Origin: a bacterium
GTDB lineage: Bacteria; CLD3; SB21
Assembly: GCA_013360215.1 (NCBI GenBank)
Contig: JABWCP010000015.1
Coordinates: 1-64,000, forward strand
Direction: 5' to 3'
Length of the DNA stretch: 64,000 nucleotides
The notes under the pieces are model-generated. The model worked only from the letters and a program-made list of their open reading frames with translations. It was not told where the DNA came from and ran no database searches. The position numbers were made by a program, and so were the translations under genes. Each line of letters starts with the position of its first letter. The stretch's first letter is position 1. Below are positions 9,717-20,100 of this stretch, piece after piece.

Positions 9717-10301
9717 TTATTTGTTCATCGAACGGCTTCCGGGCTTGATCGCCGGCAATGCGCCTTCCCGGCATAGGGGACATGTTTCGGGTTCATATTT
9801 GACTACATCCACAGAGACTAAGGAAAATTTAGGTACGCCAAACTCGGCGCGCCCGCCGCTGCGATCCACCAGATAACCGACGCCGACGACATTCGCATCC
9901 GCATCACGGCAAAGTTGAATCACCTCTTTGAGGGAACCGCCGGTCGTCACGACATCCTCGACAACCAACACGTTTTCATCGCGTTTGATTTCAAAACCGC
10001 GCCGAAAACGCATGGTGCCGTTTTCACGTTCGGAAAATATACAACGTGCATTCAGAGTGCGGGCTACCTCATGCGCTACGATGATCCCGCCTACTGCCGG
10101 TGCGGCCACGGCATGAATTTTTTTATCTTTATAATGCAATGCTATTTCACTGCACAACAGCTGTGCCCAGTTGGGATGCTGTAAAACGCGAGCGCATTGA
10201 AAATAATTAGGACTGTGTGCGCCCGAAGTCAGGATAAAATGACCTTCAAGTAAAGCGCCGCTTTGTTTGAAAATACCGAGTACTTCTTCCTGTTTCATCA
10301 T
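9717..10301 (-). CDS. pyrE: Orotate phosphoribosyltransferase
   Basis: GHFILTSGAHS, PRPP loop VVEDVVTTGGS, VDRSGG. Confidence 0.95.
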   Translation of the reverse strand: MMKQEEVLGIFKQSGALLEGHFILTSGAHSPNYFQCARVLQHPNWAQLLCSEIALHYKDKKIHAVAAPAVGGIIVAHEVARTLNARCIFSERENGTMRFRRGFEIKRDENVLVVEDVVTTGGSLKEVIQLCRDADANVVGVGYLVDRSGGRAEFGVPKFSLVSVDVVKYEPETCPLCREGALPAIKPGSRSMNK

Positions 10302-12973
10302 TCGGTTGTATAGTTTTTAGATGAGCTGACTTGTTCGATATAATTCCACACATTAAAAAAATCATGCGATCCCGAATAATAAATTCCCAAAGCCGTGCAC
10401 AAAACGATCAGCGCTCCGCCTAAAATAAATCCCGTACGCCACCAACTCGCATTAAAAAGTATTTGCGCTGCGCGGAAAAAACGAATCCAATGCCAGAAGA
10501 AAAACAATACGGCCGCCGTAGCTCCCAGGCTCAAGACAAAATCGGTTTTCATGAGACGATGGAAGACCACCACAAAGGGAATAAGATACAGAAAATGCGA
10601 ACTGCTCCACGCCGCCGCGATAATACTTTGCTGGAAATTTACGTACGCCTGAAAAGGTTTTTGAAATATCATAAAGAGAAGCCCGATCACCGTGATGACC
10701 AAAGCGTAAATCATCGTCCACTCCAGCACAAAAAGTTCAGGACTCCATGCCAGGCCGTCTACCCAGGCTTTGAGGCCATTGCTGCGCAAGAACGTCGCAA
10801 GGTACTCATCAAACAAATGGTTCCGCCGCAATTCAAAGAAAACGATAGACAGCAATGCCGCGTACGCTAAGCTCGCAAGAAAGCCGACTAACAACGCCGG
10901 CCACAGTGTGATGACGCGGTTTTCGCGAATGTCACCAAAAAAGCTTACTACTTTGAACAACGAGCGGTGAACGCTGTTTTTAAATTTAGGACTTTGCCGG
11001 TAAAAACTGATAAACAAGACGACCAATATCAGTCCCGTGATCGGATACGTTTTGGGATATACGGGTTCGTAGGCACCGACGGCGATCGGCTCCAAAGCAT
11101 CATCCGAATACAAGGCGCGCAATGTTTCAAACGCATAGCGCTCCTGACGATCGTAGGTCACGACGCCGGACGTATAGATTGTTGAACTCGCATTCGGATT
11201 GGCATAAAGATACGGGCGCTGTACGGCAAAATCATTGAACGAACGCACCACGCCGCCGGCCAATTTCCACTCGCCGGTCTTTTTATAAAAATCAGCCAAC
11301 ACCTTAGCCTGAAACTTGGTGGACATCGGGTCGCTGTAGCCATTCTGATTATTGGAAAAAATCTGCGCACCGTACACCGCGATCAGTGCACGTGTGGGCC
11401 ACTTGGCCAGACTGCGCTGGACGAAAAGATTGGATACCAGAGGGTTATTGAGACGAATATCCAGCTGGACAATATCCACGTTGTCCATAAACGAATCATA
11501 ACCGCCAAAAGCCGAAACGGCGAAAACGGGACGACGATCTTTATTTTTTATTTCGCCGACAATTTGCTGGAAATAATAATTGGCTGCGCCATCCGACGGA
11601 TCGGGAGCAAATCCCACACCCCAGGCAAGGATACTCGGATTGAGATGCTCATATTCGACGATATGCCGATAGTATTTGCGAATATCTTCGACATAACTCG
11701 GCGAACGCATAATATCCGCCGTAAGTCGCCAGGATGGAATTTCATAAAACAAAAGCAAACCATAACGATTGCACAGTTCTACAAAATAAGGATGCGGCGG
11801 ATGATGACGAAAACTCACGGCATTAGCGCCAAGGCGTTTGATTTTGAGAATATCCTGCTCCATCATCGCCCAGCTCATGGTGGTGCCCGCGCCCGGATAA
11901 TCTTCATAATATTCGACGGCGCGTATCGTCACCGGTTGCGCATTGAGAAAAATATACTGGTCGTGCACATCGGCCTGGGCTATACCGAGTTGGTATTCGA
12001 CACGATCAATCACCGTCGTGCCCTGTACTAAATACATTACAACGCGATAACGACTCGGCGTGATCGGGTTCCAAAAGACCGGTTTTTCTATTGAAAAACG
12101 TAATTGACGATCAACAAAATTGAAAACCGAAACCGTATCTTCTTCGTTTTGCTCGCGAATTTTCGGAATGTCCCACACGTTGCGATATTTTTTAAACCGA
12201 TTTGTGTACACCGGTTCCGGATTATTTTCTTCAAACATTTCCAAAATATACCGCAGCGGCTGATTGGGGTTGATCAATCGTAATGTATCCACAAGGCGTA
12301 AACTGTATTCGTAATTACGCAAATGCCAATTGACCACAAAATCACATTTGCGCAAATCATTGGACAACGTATAACCTACGGTGTATTGATCAATAGCAAC
12401 TTTTGGAAGACCTACGAGAAAGAGTTCACGGGTTATACCGCTGTACAATTTGGGTTGCAACAAACTGGTTTCACGGGGATAGCTGGTAAACGGATCAACA
12501 CGCGAATCCACTGTAATTTCAATTTTGTTTTCCTGACCGATACGGATCAGATCTTCACGCAAGTCCGCTTCCAATCGCGTATAACTGTTATTGGCATTGG
12601 TGACAAATTCGCCATTGATGCGAATGTCGGCGCGGAAATTGATGCCTAAGCTGACAAAACGAAAGTGCTTATTACGAAAATCTTCGCCGGGAACGAACGT
12701 ACGCGTAAATGTAACTTTGCCGCTATAATCATAAGAACTGGGAACAATAACCTTTCGTGAAACCCCTTCCACGGACATGGTCCACTCACCCGCCAAGTCT
12801 AAGAAGGCGCGGGTTTCGGTAAGATTGACATACTCGCGTAAGGTCTGGGGATCATAGCCGTTTTTTTCGCCGAGGATACGAAAATCATTTTGCGCGTGAA
12901 CGAAAAGCGCGCAGCATAGAAGAGTGATGATACGAAAAATCATTCGCAGTACTGCTCCGGTCGCGGCCGTCAT
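10298..12973 (-). CDS. GH2 (beta-galactosidase/glucuronidase)-like secreted domain fused to a ~6-TM C-terminal membrane domain
   Basis: Signal peptide; LDLAGEW, YSGITR, DILKIKRLGANAV, HHPPHPYF and NPSILAW GH2 motifs; six hydrophobic C-terminal segments. Confidence 0.85.
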   Translation of the reverse strand: MTAATGAVLRMIFRIITLLCCALFVHAQNDFRILGEKNGYDPQTLREYVNLTETRAFLDLAGEWTMSVEGVSRKVIVPSSYDYSGKVTFTRTFVPGEDFRNKHFRFVSLGINFRADIRINGEFVTNANNSYTRLEADLREDLIRIGQENKIEITVDSRVDPFTSYPRETSLLQPKLYSGITRELFLVGLPKVAIDQYTVGYTLSNDLRKCDFVVNWHLRNYEYSLRLVDTLRLINPNQPLRYILEMFEENNPEPVYTNRFKKYRNVWDIPKIREQNEEDTVSVFNFVDRQLRFSIEKPVFWNPITPSRYRVVMYLVQGTTVIDRVEYQLGIAQADVHDQYIFLNAQPVTIRAVEYYEDYPGAGTTMSWAMMEQDILKIKRLGANAVSFRHHPPHPYFVELCNRYGLLLFYEIPSWRLTADIMRSPSYVEDIRKYYRHIVEYEHLNPSILAWGVGFAPDPSDGAANYYFQQIVGEIKNKDRRPVFAVSAFGGYDSFMDNVDIVQLDIRLNNPLVSNLFVQRSLAKWPTRALIAVYGAQIFSNNQNGYSDPMSTKFQAKVLADFYKKTGEWKLAGGVVRSFNDFAVQRPYLYANPNASSTIYTSGVVTYDRQERYAFETLRALYSDDALEPIAVGAYEPVYPKTYPITGLILVVLFISFYRQSPKFKNSVHRSLFKVVSFFGDIRENRVITLWPALLVGFLASLAYAALLSIVFFELRRNHLFDEYLATFLRSNGLKAWVDGLAWSPELFVLEWTMIYALVITVIGLLFMIFQKPFQAYVNFQQSIIAAAWSSSHFLYLIPFVVVFHRLMKTDFVLSLGATAAVLFFFWHWIRFFRAAQILFNASWWRTGFILGGALIVLCTALGIYYSGSHDFFNVWNYIEQVSSSKNYTTE

Positions 12974-12982
12974 CGGCCGAAT

Positions 12983-13891
12983 TTACATAATTCGTTTACC
13001 GAAAAGTGAAGCCATCATTTCGACGCCGACATGTGCCGTCGTGTTTTTAATATCAAGTATCGGATTGGTTTCAACAATTTCCGCAGAAATTACTTTTTTA
13101 GAATCGCACAGCGATTCCATGGCGAGGTGGGTTTCACGGTACGTAAGTCCGCCGGGTACCGGCGTTCCGACACCGGGAGCAATACTCGGATCCATACTGT
13201 CCGCATCAAAGCTCACATGAATGCCCGCGGTATCTCGCGCGGCTATATCAATGGCTTGTCGTATAATCCTGGACATACCTTGTTCGTCAATGTCGCGCAT
13301 TGTAAAAACGGTGACCCCCATACGTCGGATATTATCAATTTCTCCGTCATCCAATGTACGAATGCCTACAAGTACGGTATTCTCAGGATTGACTTTGACA
13401 AATTCACCGCCGACACCGGTCAACTTGGGATGACCGTGTCCGAGTGATACGGCAAGCGGCATGCCGTGAATATTCCCTGAGGGCGAGGTATCGGGCGTGT
13501 TCATATCGCCGTGCGCATCGATCCAAATCACGCCGATTTTCTGATTGGTTTTTCTAAAATGACCGGATACGCCCGCCAGTGTGCCGATAGCGATCGAATG
13601 ATCGCCGCCGAGCACAAGCGGTATATGATTATCGGCGAGGCATTTTTCGACGTCATCGGCGAGCGCCGTTACGGCACGCGTTACTTCATTGAGGTACTTG
13701 AGTTTTTCGTCGCCGACCCTAATGACTTCGGGGTTTTTGGTAACGATATCCCCCTTGTCTTTAACGGTGTGGCCTAATTCCTGCAGTCGCTCCGTCAAAC
13801 CGGCCAACCGCAAAGCGGACGGGCCCATATCGGTTCCGCGGCGCCCTGCACCCAAATCCAATGGAACACCTATGAGACGAATGACGGACAT
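12983..13891 (-). CDS. rocF: Arginase
   Basis: GAGRRGTDMGP, GGDHS, DAHGD, SGNIHGMP, SFDADSMDP, GTPVPGG and VETNP motifs. Confidence 0.95.
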   Translation of the reverse strand: MSVIRLIGVPLDLGAGRRGTDMGPSALRLAGLTERLQELGHTVKDKGDIVTKNPEVIRVGDEKLKYLNEVTRAVTALADDVEKCLADNHIPLVLGGDHSIAIGTLAGVSGHFRKTNQKIGVIWIDAHGDMNTPDTSPSGNIHGMPLAVSLGHGHPKLTGVGGEFVKVNPENTVLVGIRTLDDGEIDNIRRMGVTVFTMRDIDEQGMSRIIRQAIDIAARDTAGIHVSFDADSMDPSIAPGVGTPVPGGLTYRETHLAMESLCDSKKVISAEIVETNPILDIKNTTAHVGVEMMASLFGKRIM

Positions 13892-13946
13892 ACATTACCT
13901 CTGAAAATTTGAATTTTAAAACCGCGCGAATATACCCGTCCCGTGC

Positions 13947-15635
13947 CTAATAATCAAGCGTATAACCGATGCGCAGATAGTTCTGCGTCGCATCAAAACC
14001 TTTACGGTTACCCAAGTTTTGAATCATAGACAACTCATACTGGAGATATAAGGCGTGATGTGACCATGTTTCAAATGAGGTGTTTAACAACGCCGAGTTT
14101 CTAATTTCTTTGATACCCATGAGAAACCGTTTTTTCTGTTTACCGGAATCATCGTCGGTAAAACCGTATTCGTATCCAAACCGCTGAATATCGCCTTCTC
14201 CGTGGCGAATTCGCCTGAAACCTACCTCCGCCCGAAGACGCCGAGAGGGTTGATAACTTATTGAAAAATTCCATCGGTCGGAATTGGGTTGAAGCTGGCT
14301 TCCCAAACCGGCATCAAAATGCGTATAATTCAGCAATCGCCATTTATGCGCATACACAAAAGGTTCAATGCGTGAATATTCGATGCGCACACCGGCATCT
14401 TGGATCCCTATTGGTTCCGCCCAATAACCGCCGCCCATAACCGCCCAGGTTTGCTTCCAATATGTAAAAGGATTACGTGCCGATGTAAAATCATCAAGGT
14501 ACACCGCACCGTACACTTTGGTTCGTCCGGGTAAAAAAGCAAGCACATCAAAACTCATTGTATTATTATCTTTGTCACCTAAATATTGTTCGGCGACATG
14601 GTAAGGAACAAGCGGGTTCAGATATGACAACTCTACGTCACGCCCTCCGTAGATCACACTTTCACTTCCGGCGAGAAAAAGCCAGGGTAGCGCTTTCCAC
14701 TCCAAGCGATGCGCAACGATATATTTCCGATCGCTTAGATCTTTTCGTCCATTGACTGTATCACGATCATCCCTTAACCAACCGTGAACGTAGGTGAACT
14801 TGAAACGGCTATAGCTCACATCCAGTTTGATGTTTTCAAAAGAAGGTGCATGTCCCGATAAAAGGAGATTATCATAATATCCCGGCCCCCATGCCATATT
14901 ATCTTTTCCGAATTGCAGGCGAAACCATTTTGGCTCGATAACGATATATGCATCGGAGTGTAACGCATAACGATTAGCACTGGCCGGATTATAGTTGAGC
15001 ACACCGCCACGATAACTGCTCCCAAAATCGGTAGATTGTTCATCCCCTTTAACCAATGTATTGGACGCATCGGCATAAAAAGCAATGCCGCCTTTTATCA
15101 ATCCTCGGACACGCCCACTACCTTTGGAAAGGCTTATCGTACCACCCAATGAATCATTTTGTTTGGAGAATCGTGTCAACTCGACGCTCTGGTCAATAAC
15201 TAGATCACCAACCAAATAGCTGAATCCGTCTTCGTGCATTTGATATTCAAAAATATGTTTCTCACGCACATCTGATGTTTGTATGTTCTGCGTAGAGGCT
15301 AGTTCTAAATAAAATTCGCCTTTGAGCTTTTCAAATAAACTGCGTTCGGCCGATGTCAAAACATTCGCATCTGTTTTGATTTTGTCCTGCACTTCATTTA
15401 TGATTTTAAGTACGGTTCCGCGGTCATACGGTTTGGTTCGAAGACGAATGGATGGCGATACAACACCCCGTGTCTCAAGATGCTCTATCAAATCGTATCC
15501 GAAGTGCCCCATCGGAAGGTTAACAGACGGCCCTGTATGTTGCGCCCACCCTGAGCAGGGCATTAAAAAAGCGGCTACGAGCACCGCCAAACCTGTCGGA
15601 ACTATGTACTTTTGACAATGAAACACCAACGTCAA
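13947..15635 (-). CDS. wzi: Capsule assembly Wzi-family outer-membrane protein
   Basis: Signal peptide ending GWA-Q; WGPG...LLLSGHAPSF, HRLEW and YLNP motifs; amphipathic beta strands ending in Y. Start uncertain (TTG 15635 overlapping the wcaJ stop; ORF track gives 15710). Confidence 0.8.
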   Translation of the reverse strand: MTLVFHCQKYIVPTGLAVLVAAFLMPCSGWAQHTGPSVNLPMGHFGYDLIEHLETRGVVSPSIRLRTKPYDRGTVLKIINEVQDKIKTDANVLTSAERSLFEKLKGEFYLELASTQNIQTSDVREKHIFEYQMHEDGFSYLVGDLVIDQSVELTRFSKQNDSLGGTISLSKGSGRVRGLIKGGIAFYADASNTLVKGDEQSTDFGSSYRGGVLNYNPASANRYALHSDAYIVIEPKWFRLQFGKDNMAWGPGYYDNLLLSGHAPSFENIKLDVSYSRFKFTYVHGWLRDDRDTVNGRKDLSDRKYIVAHRLEWKALPWLFLAGSESVIYGGRDVELSYLNPLVPYHVAEQYLGDKDNNTMSFDVLAFLPGRTKVYGAVYLDDFTSARNPFTYWKQTWAVMGGGYWAEPIGIQDAGVRIEYSRIEPFVYAHKWRLLNYTHFDAGLGSQLQPNSDRWNFSISYQPSRRLRAEVGFRRIRHGEGDIQRFGYEYGFTDDDSGKQKKRFLMGIKEIRNSALLNTSFETWSHHALYLQYELSMIQNLGNRKGFDATQNYLRIGYTLDY

Positions 15636-17032
15636 TATCCTTTCGTATCGTATTTGATCATTTGCCATACGGTCAAAAATATGATTTGAATATCGAGCCA
15701 GAACGACCAATTTTCAATATACCAAATATCATGATTCACACGTTTTTGCATAAGTTCCGGATCACGGGTTTCACCGCGATAGCCATTGACTTGCGCCCAA
15801 CCGGTGATGCCGGGTTTTACAAGATGACGGAGCATATAATTTTCGATCACTTCTTTGGATTCCATGTTGAGCGGGGTAGGATGCGGGCGTGGCCCGACAA
15901 CGGACATCTGTCCCATGAGTACATTCCAAAATTGCGGCAGCTCATCCAAATTAGTTTTGCGTAAAAACTTCCCAAACCATGTTATCCGCGGATCATCTTT
16001 AGTCGCTTGTTGGTATTTCCCGCTGTCATCCACATCCCGGCTTTGAGAAATCATGGTTCTGAATTTATAACAGATAATTTTTTTGTTTTGCCGCCCCCAA
16101 CGTTCCTGTTTAAAAAACACAGGGCCGCGCGACGTGAGCTTGATCGCAATCGCTATAATCGGCACCAACCATGACAATACAAGTACCATAAAGGCCAACG
16201 CAAAAAACGCATCAAAACAACGTTTGATGATATACCAATGCGCTTCATCCATTTTGATTTTCCGAACGGAGATGAGCGGGAATCTTCCGAACATGCGCAC
16301 TTCAAATTTATCAGAAACAAATCGGAAATAATCCGGGATAATGCGTACACGGCGGGTATGATGGTCACAAATTTTGATGATCCAATCTATTTTTTCAGAC
16401 GCATATGTCGGCAGAGCAACAATAACATCATCTACGGGATGTTTTTGCAATACCGATTCCAGATCTTCGACTTTGCCAAGTAATTTTCCATTGAGCGATG
16501 TCTGCGGCTGATCGTCAAGAAAACCCGTAACGGCATAGCCGAAATGAGAATTGGATCGAATAAGCTCATTAAAAGCTGTACCGACTTCCCCGGCTCCTAT
16601 AATCAGCAGGTGCCTTAGATTACGTCCTTTACGGCGCAGAAAATTTAAAACCCTCCGAACCAAAAACCGCTCAATGGATAGGATAATAAGTAAATGGGCA
16701 GCGTAAAGAACGATAAATAGTCGCGGTAACGTATGATTTTTAGCAATAAACATCACTACGATAGCCACAAGTATTTGGATAAGTATGTTTTTTATGAGCC
16801 CAACGAGTTCGTAACTGAAATTACGCGAGCGGAACTCATCGTATAAACCGGTCATGCGTGCAAGGAAGTACCATGAAAAGGCTAAGGAAGTAAGCAGGAA
16901 GAGATCAAAATTGGTCGTAAGGCGCGCATCGCGAATCGAAAAAAAATAAATCGAACTCAACGCCGCCACGAGCACTGCTACCGTGTCTGCGGTAACCCGA
17001 AGAAAATATAACATCCGACGCTGCGTATGCAT
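15632..17032 (-). CDS. wcaJ: Undecaprenyl-phosphate hexose-1-phosphate transferase (initiating transferase)
   Basis: Four N-terminal TMs, [49 protein letters not shown]. Confidence 0.93.
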   Translation of the reverse strand: MHTQRRMLYFLRVTADTVAVLVAALSSIYFFSIRDARLTTNFDLFLLTSLAFSWYFLARMTGLYDEFRSRNFSYELVGLIKNILIQILVAIVVMFIAKNHTLPRLFIVLYAAHLLIILSIERFLVRRVLNFLRRKGRNLRHLLIIGAGEVGTAFNELIRSNSHFGYAVTGFLDDQPQTSLNGKLLGKVEDLESVLQKHPVDDVIVALPTYASEKIDWIIKICDHHTRRVRIIPDYFRFVSDKFEVRMFGRFPLISVRKIKMDEAHWYIIKRCFDAFFALAFMVLVLSWLVPIIAIAIKLTSRGPVFFKQERWGRQNKKIICYKFRTMISQSRDVDDSGKYQQATKDDPRITWFGKFLRKTNLDELPQFWNVLMGQMSVVGPRPHPTPLNMESKEVIENYMLRHLVKPGITGWAQVNGYRGETRDPELMQKRVNHDIWYIENWSFWLDIQIIFLTVWQMIKYDTKGY

Positions 17033-17134
17033 GAAACCAGTCAGTAAAAATTGAATCCAAATTCATATTAATGTAAACTTTTTACCTTCAAATTAAAACA
17101 GAATAATGATTGGAATGATACGAGACATCTTGTA

Positions 17135-20100
17135 TTACTTCAACAACAGTATCCGTCTCGATTTTATGTATCTTCGACCTGAAATTTTTCCAATGGCTTC
17201 CATACGTATAATATATATTCCTGACGCTTTCCCCTCAGCCTTCCAATCAATTTCAAAATACTTTGCCGGAAGCCTCCCTTTGTAAATCCTCTGCACTTTT
17301 TGCCCGAGTATATTATAGATATCCAGAATAACCTCGCTTTCTTCGGGAACTTGAAAACGAAGTATAGTGTTCGGGTTAAATGGATTAGGATAGTTCTGAA
17401 AGAGTTCAAAGCTTTTAGGTAATTCTTCAAAAGTTTGATTTGAAAAACGCTTAGTCGTGTGAAAATAAAAAGTATCAATAGAAGAAACCGTAAACATACC
17501 GTCGAACACCTTGACCGTCCAATAATATTTGGAATTTTCTTGAAATACAATCCCCGAAAAAGTTACGTTTGTATCTTTTATGCCATGAAAAACCGTGTCT
17601 AATCCCGGGCCGTAAATTCTAAAATGATATAATAATGTGTCCTGTGAATCCGGGTCGTTTGCTTTACTCCATGTAAATGTTCTCATTAGTGGTGTTTTGA
17701 ATAAAGTTAAAGTGTCTTGATGAGTAGGATTCTCAAGTGCAAACGCTGTTGGCGGTCGGAAAGCCCTTCCAACTGTTACCGCCCATTCCACTTCCGAAGA
17801 ACTGCCATTTCTATCATACGCTTCAGCAATTACCAAATGTTTGCCAATATCCGATTCACTTGGAACCCCAATAATAACACCGCTTACACTGTCTATAGTC
17901 ATCCAATCCGGACCATCAAACAACCTGTAACGAAGGATATCATTGAATAAAAAACTATCCTTATCAAACGCATATAACTGAAAGCGATATAGTGAATCAA
18001 CCTTTGCAACTGAATCGGTACTCGACAGAAAAATCGGTGCATGATTTACATGAACAATCTTAAGTTCAAATGATTGCTGTATCGTTACAAAACCATCTGT
18101 AGCTTCCAATAAAACTGTTGTGTCGCCAACCGAATAGCCATCGGGAATGCCTTGGAGAACACCACTAATACTATCCATCGTCAACCAGTGTGGACCTATA
18201 ACTAAACGATACTTGATCTTATCATTAAATAACAAACTATCTTGATCGTAGGCATATGCAGTATAATTATAAACCTCGTCTTCCAGTGCAATTGTGTCGG
18301 GATTACTAACAAAGACTGGCGGATGGTTCGTATGCAGTACATTGATAGAGAAAACTAAGCTATCTCTACCCCCTTTTTGATCGTAGGCTTCAACAACAAC
18401 ATGGTTTTCACCAGCATCATAGGCGTCTGGAATTCCTGTAAGATAACCGGTCACTGAATCTATTATCAGCCATGAAGGACCATTCAGCATGAAATAGCGC
18501 AATTCGTCTCCAAAGAACATGCTGTCAACATCATGCGCGTAAATCCGTATTACAAATTGAGAATCTTCTTTTGCCGTTTGAACTGGAATACTTCCAAAAA
18601 TGGGCGCATGATTAGTATGATGAACACGGATTGACTGCGTTTGCACATTTGTCGCACCTTGCAAATCGGTAACCAACATTGAAAACGATGTATCTCCTAC
18701 GTTATAAGCTGTTGGAGTCCCATAGACGATCATTGACGCAGGATCAAATGTCATCCAACTAGGTTTGAAAAGCAATTCCAGTATAGTTGTATCGCCATAA
18801 ACACTATCCGAATCAGCTACAGTTATTTTGCATTGATACAGTGAGTCTTCATAAAGATTGGAATCTGGTACAGCGCCAAAAAATGGAGTTCTATTTGACG
18901 GAAAAGTCGGATTTAATTTTATATGATAAACCGTATCAAGTTTTGAGCTTGTCACTCTGAATTCAATTGATGTGTCACGCCATAATTTGGCATAACCGGT
19001 TATCGCACTATCGGTAAAACTCATAGTTTTTGGAAATGAGATTGGACTAATTTTTACCGAATCTAGATATTCAAATTGTCTGTATCCCTGTTGAGAACCC
19101 CAACGATCAATCAAAGTAATAGGCCTCAACTGAATTTTTATTGAATCAGAGTAATCGAAACTGATTTCATTGTTAAATAGAACACCTACATTCTCTAAGC
19201 CGATAAGATCACTTGGTCCACTTTTATTTCCATTATCATCCACAGATATGACACGATAAAATGAAAAAGATAATTTTTTTAAATAATCGCTTATAGTAAA
19301 TCGGTTTGTATCCGTTGAATCAATAAGCGTTTGATCAGAAACCGAAAAACCTCTGATGTTACTGCCGTATATATAATACTTCGTTGGGAGGCTCCCGCTG
19401 GAGTTGATATCCCATAATATATTAATGCCGTTTGTTGAAGCTGCCAAGCGCAAATTCTTAACTACATCAGGTATTTGTACCTGAAATCTCCAAGCAGGAC
19501 TCCAATCACTATAAACTCCGTCTTTTGAACGTGTCGCCACTCTCCAATAATAAGTCGTATTGGGCGATAATAGGCCCTCATGAGGAACTTCAAACTGATT
19601 AGTGGTACCATGAACGTTATATTGACTTGTCATTTGGTTATAGTGTGAAGAGACAGGGAACCGAAACAATGAGTCTTCACTGACCTGAATATGAAAATCC
19701 GATATCTCAAATAAATTCATCCCGGAAGGCAGACCGAACTGAAACAGAAACTTTGATGAATTAGTAATCCCACCGTCTAAAGGAAAAATCGGTGAATCAA
19801 TTATTGGTGGCACCTCAATGGAATCAATAGAAAAAAAGGAGTGCTCATAAACTAAACCGTTAAAGGCTTTATTATCATCGTTACTTATCCGAACAGTATT
19901 AATACCCGCGTTCAATCTAGGCAAGGAGGCGGGGTTCAGTTGAAAAACTGAACTTAAAGATAAGCTATCAATTATTAGACCTTTATCCAAAACTGAATTC
20001 CATTCGAGGTGAATAAAATACTTATTTGTAATAGGGGTCCCAACAGGAGATATGAAGTTGTAAAGCCTGACAGAATCAGATATCAAACCAAACAAATTGG

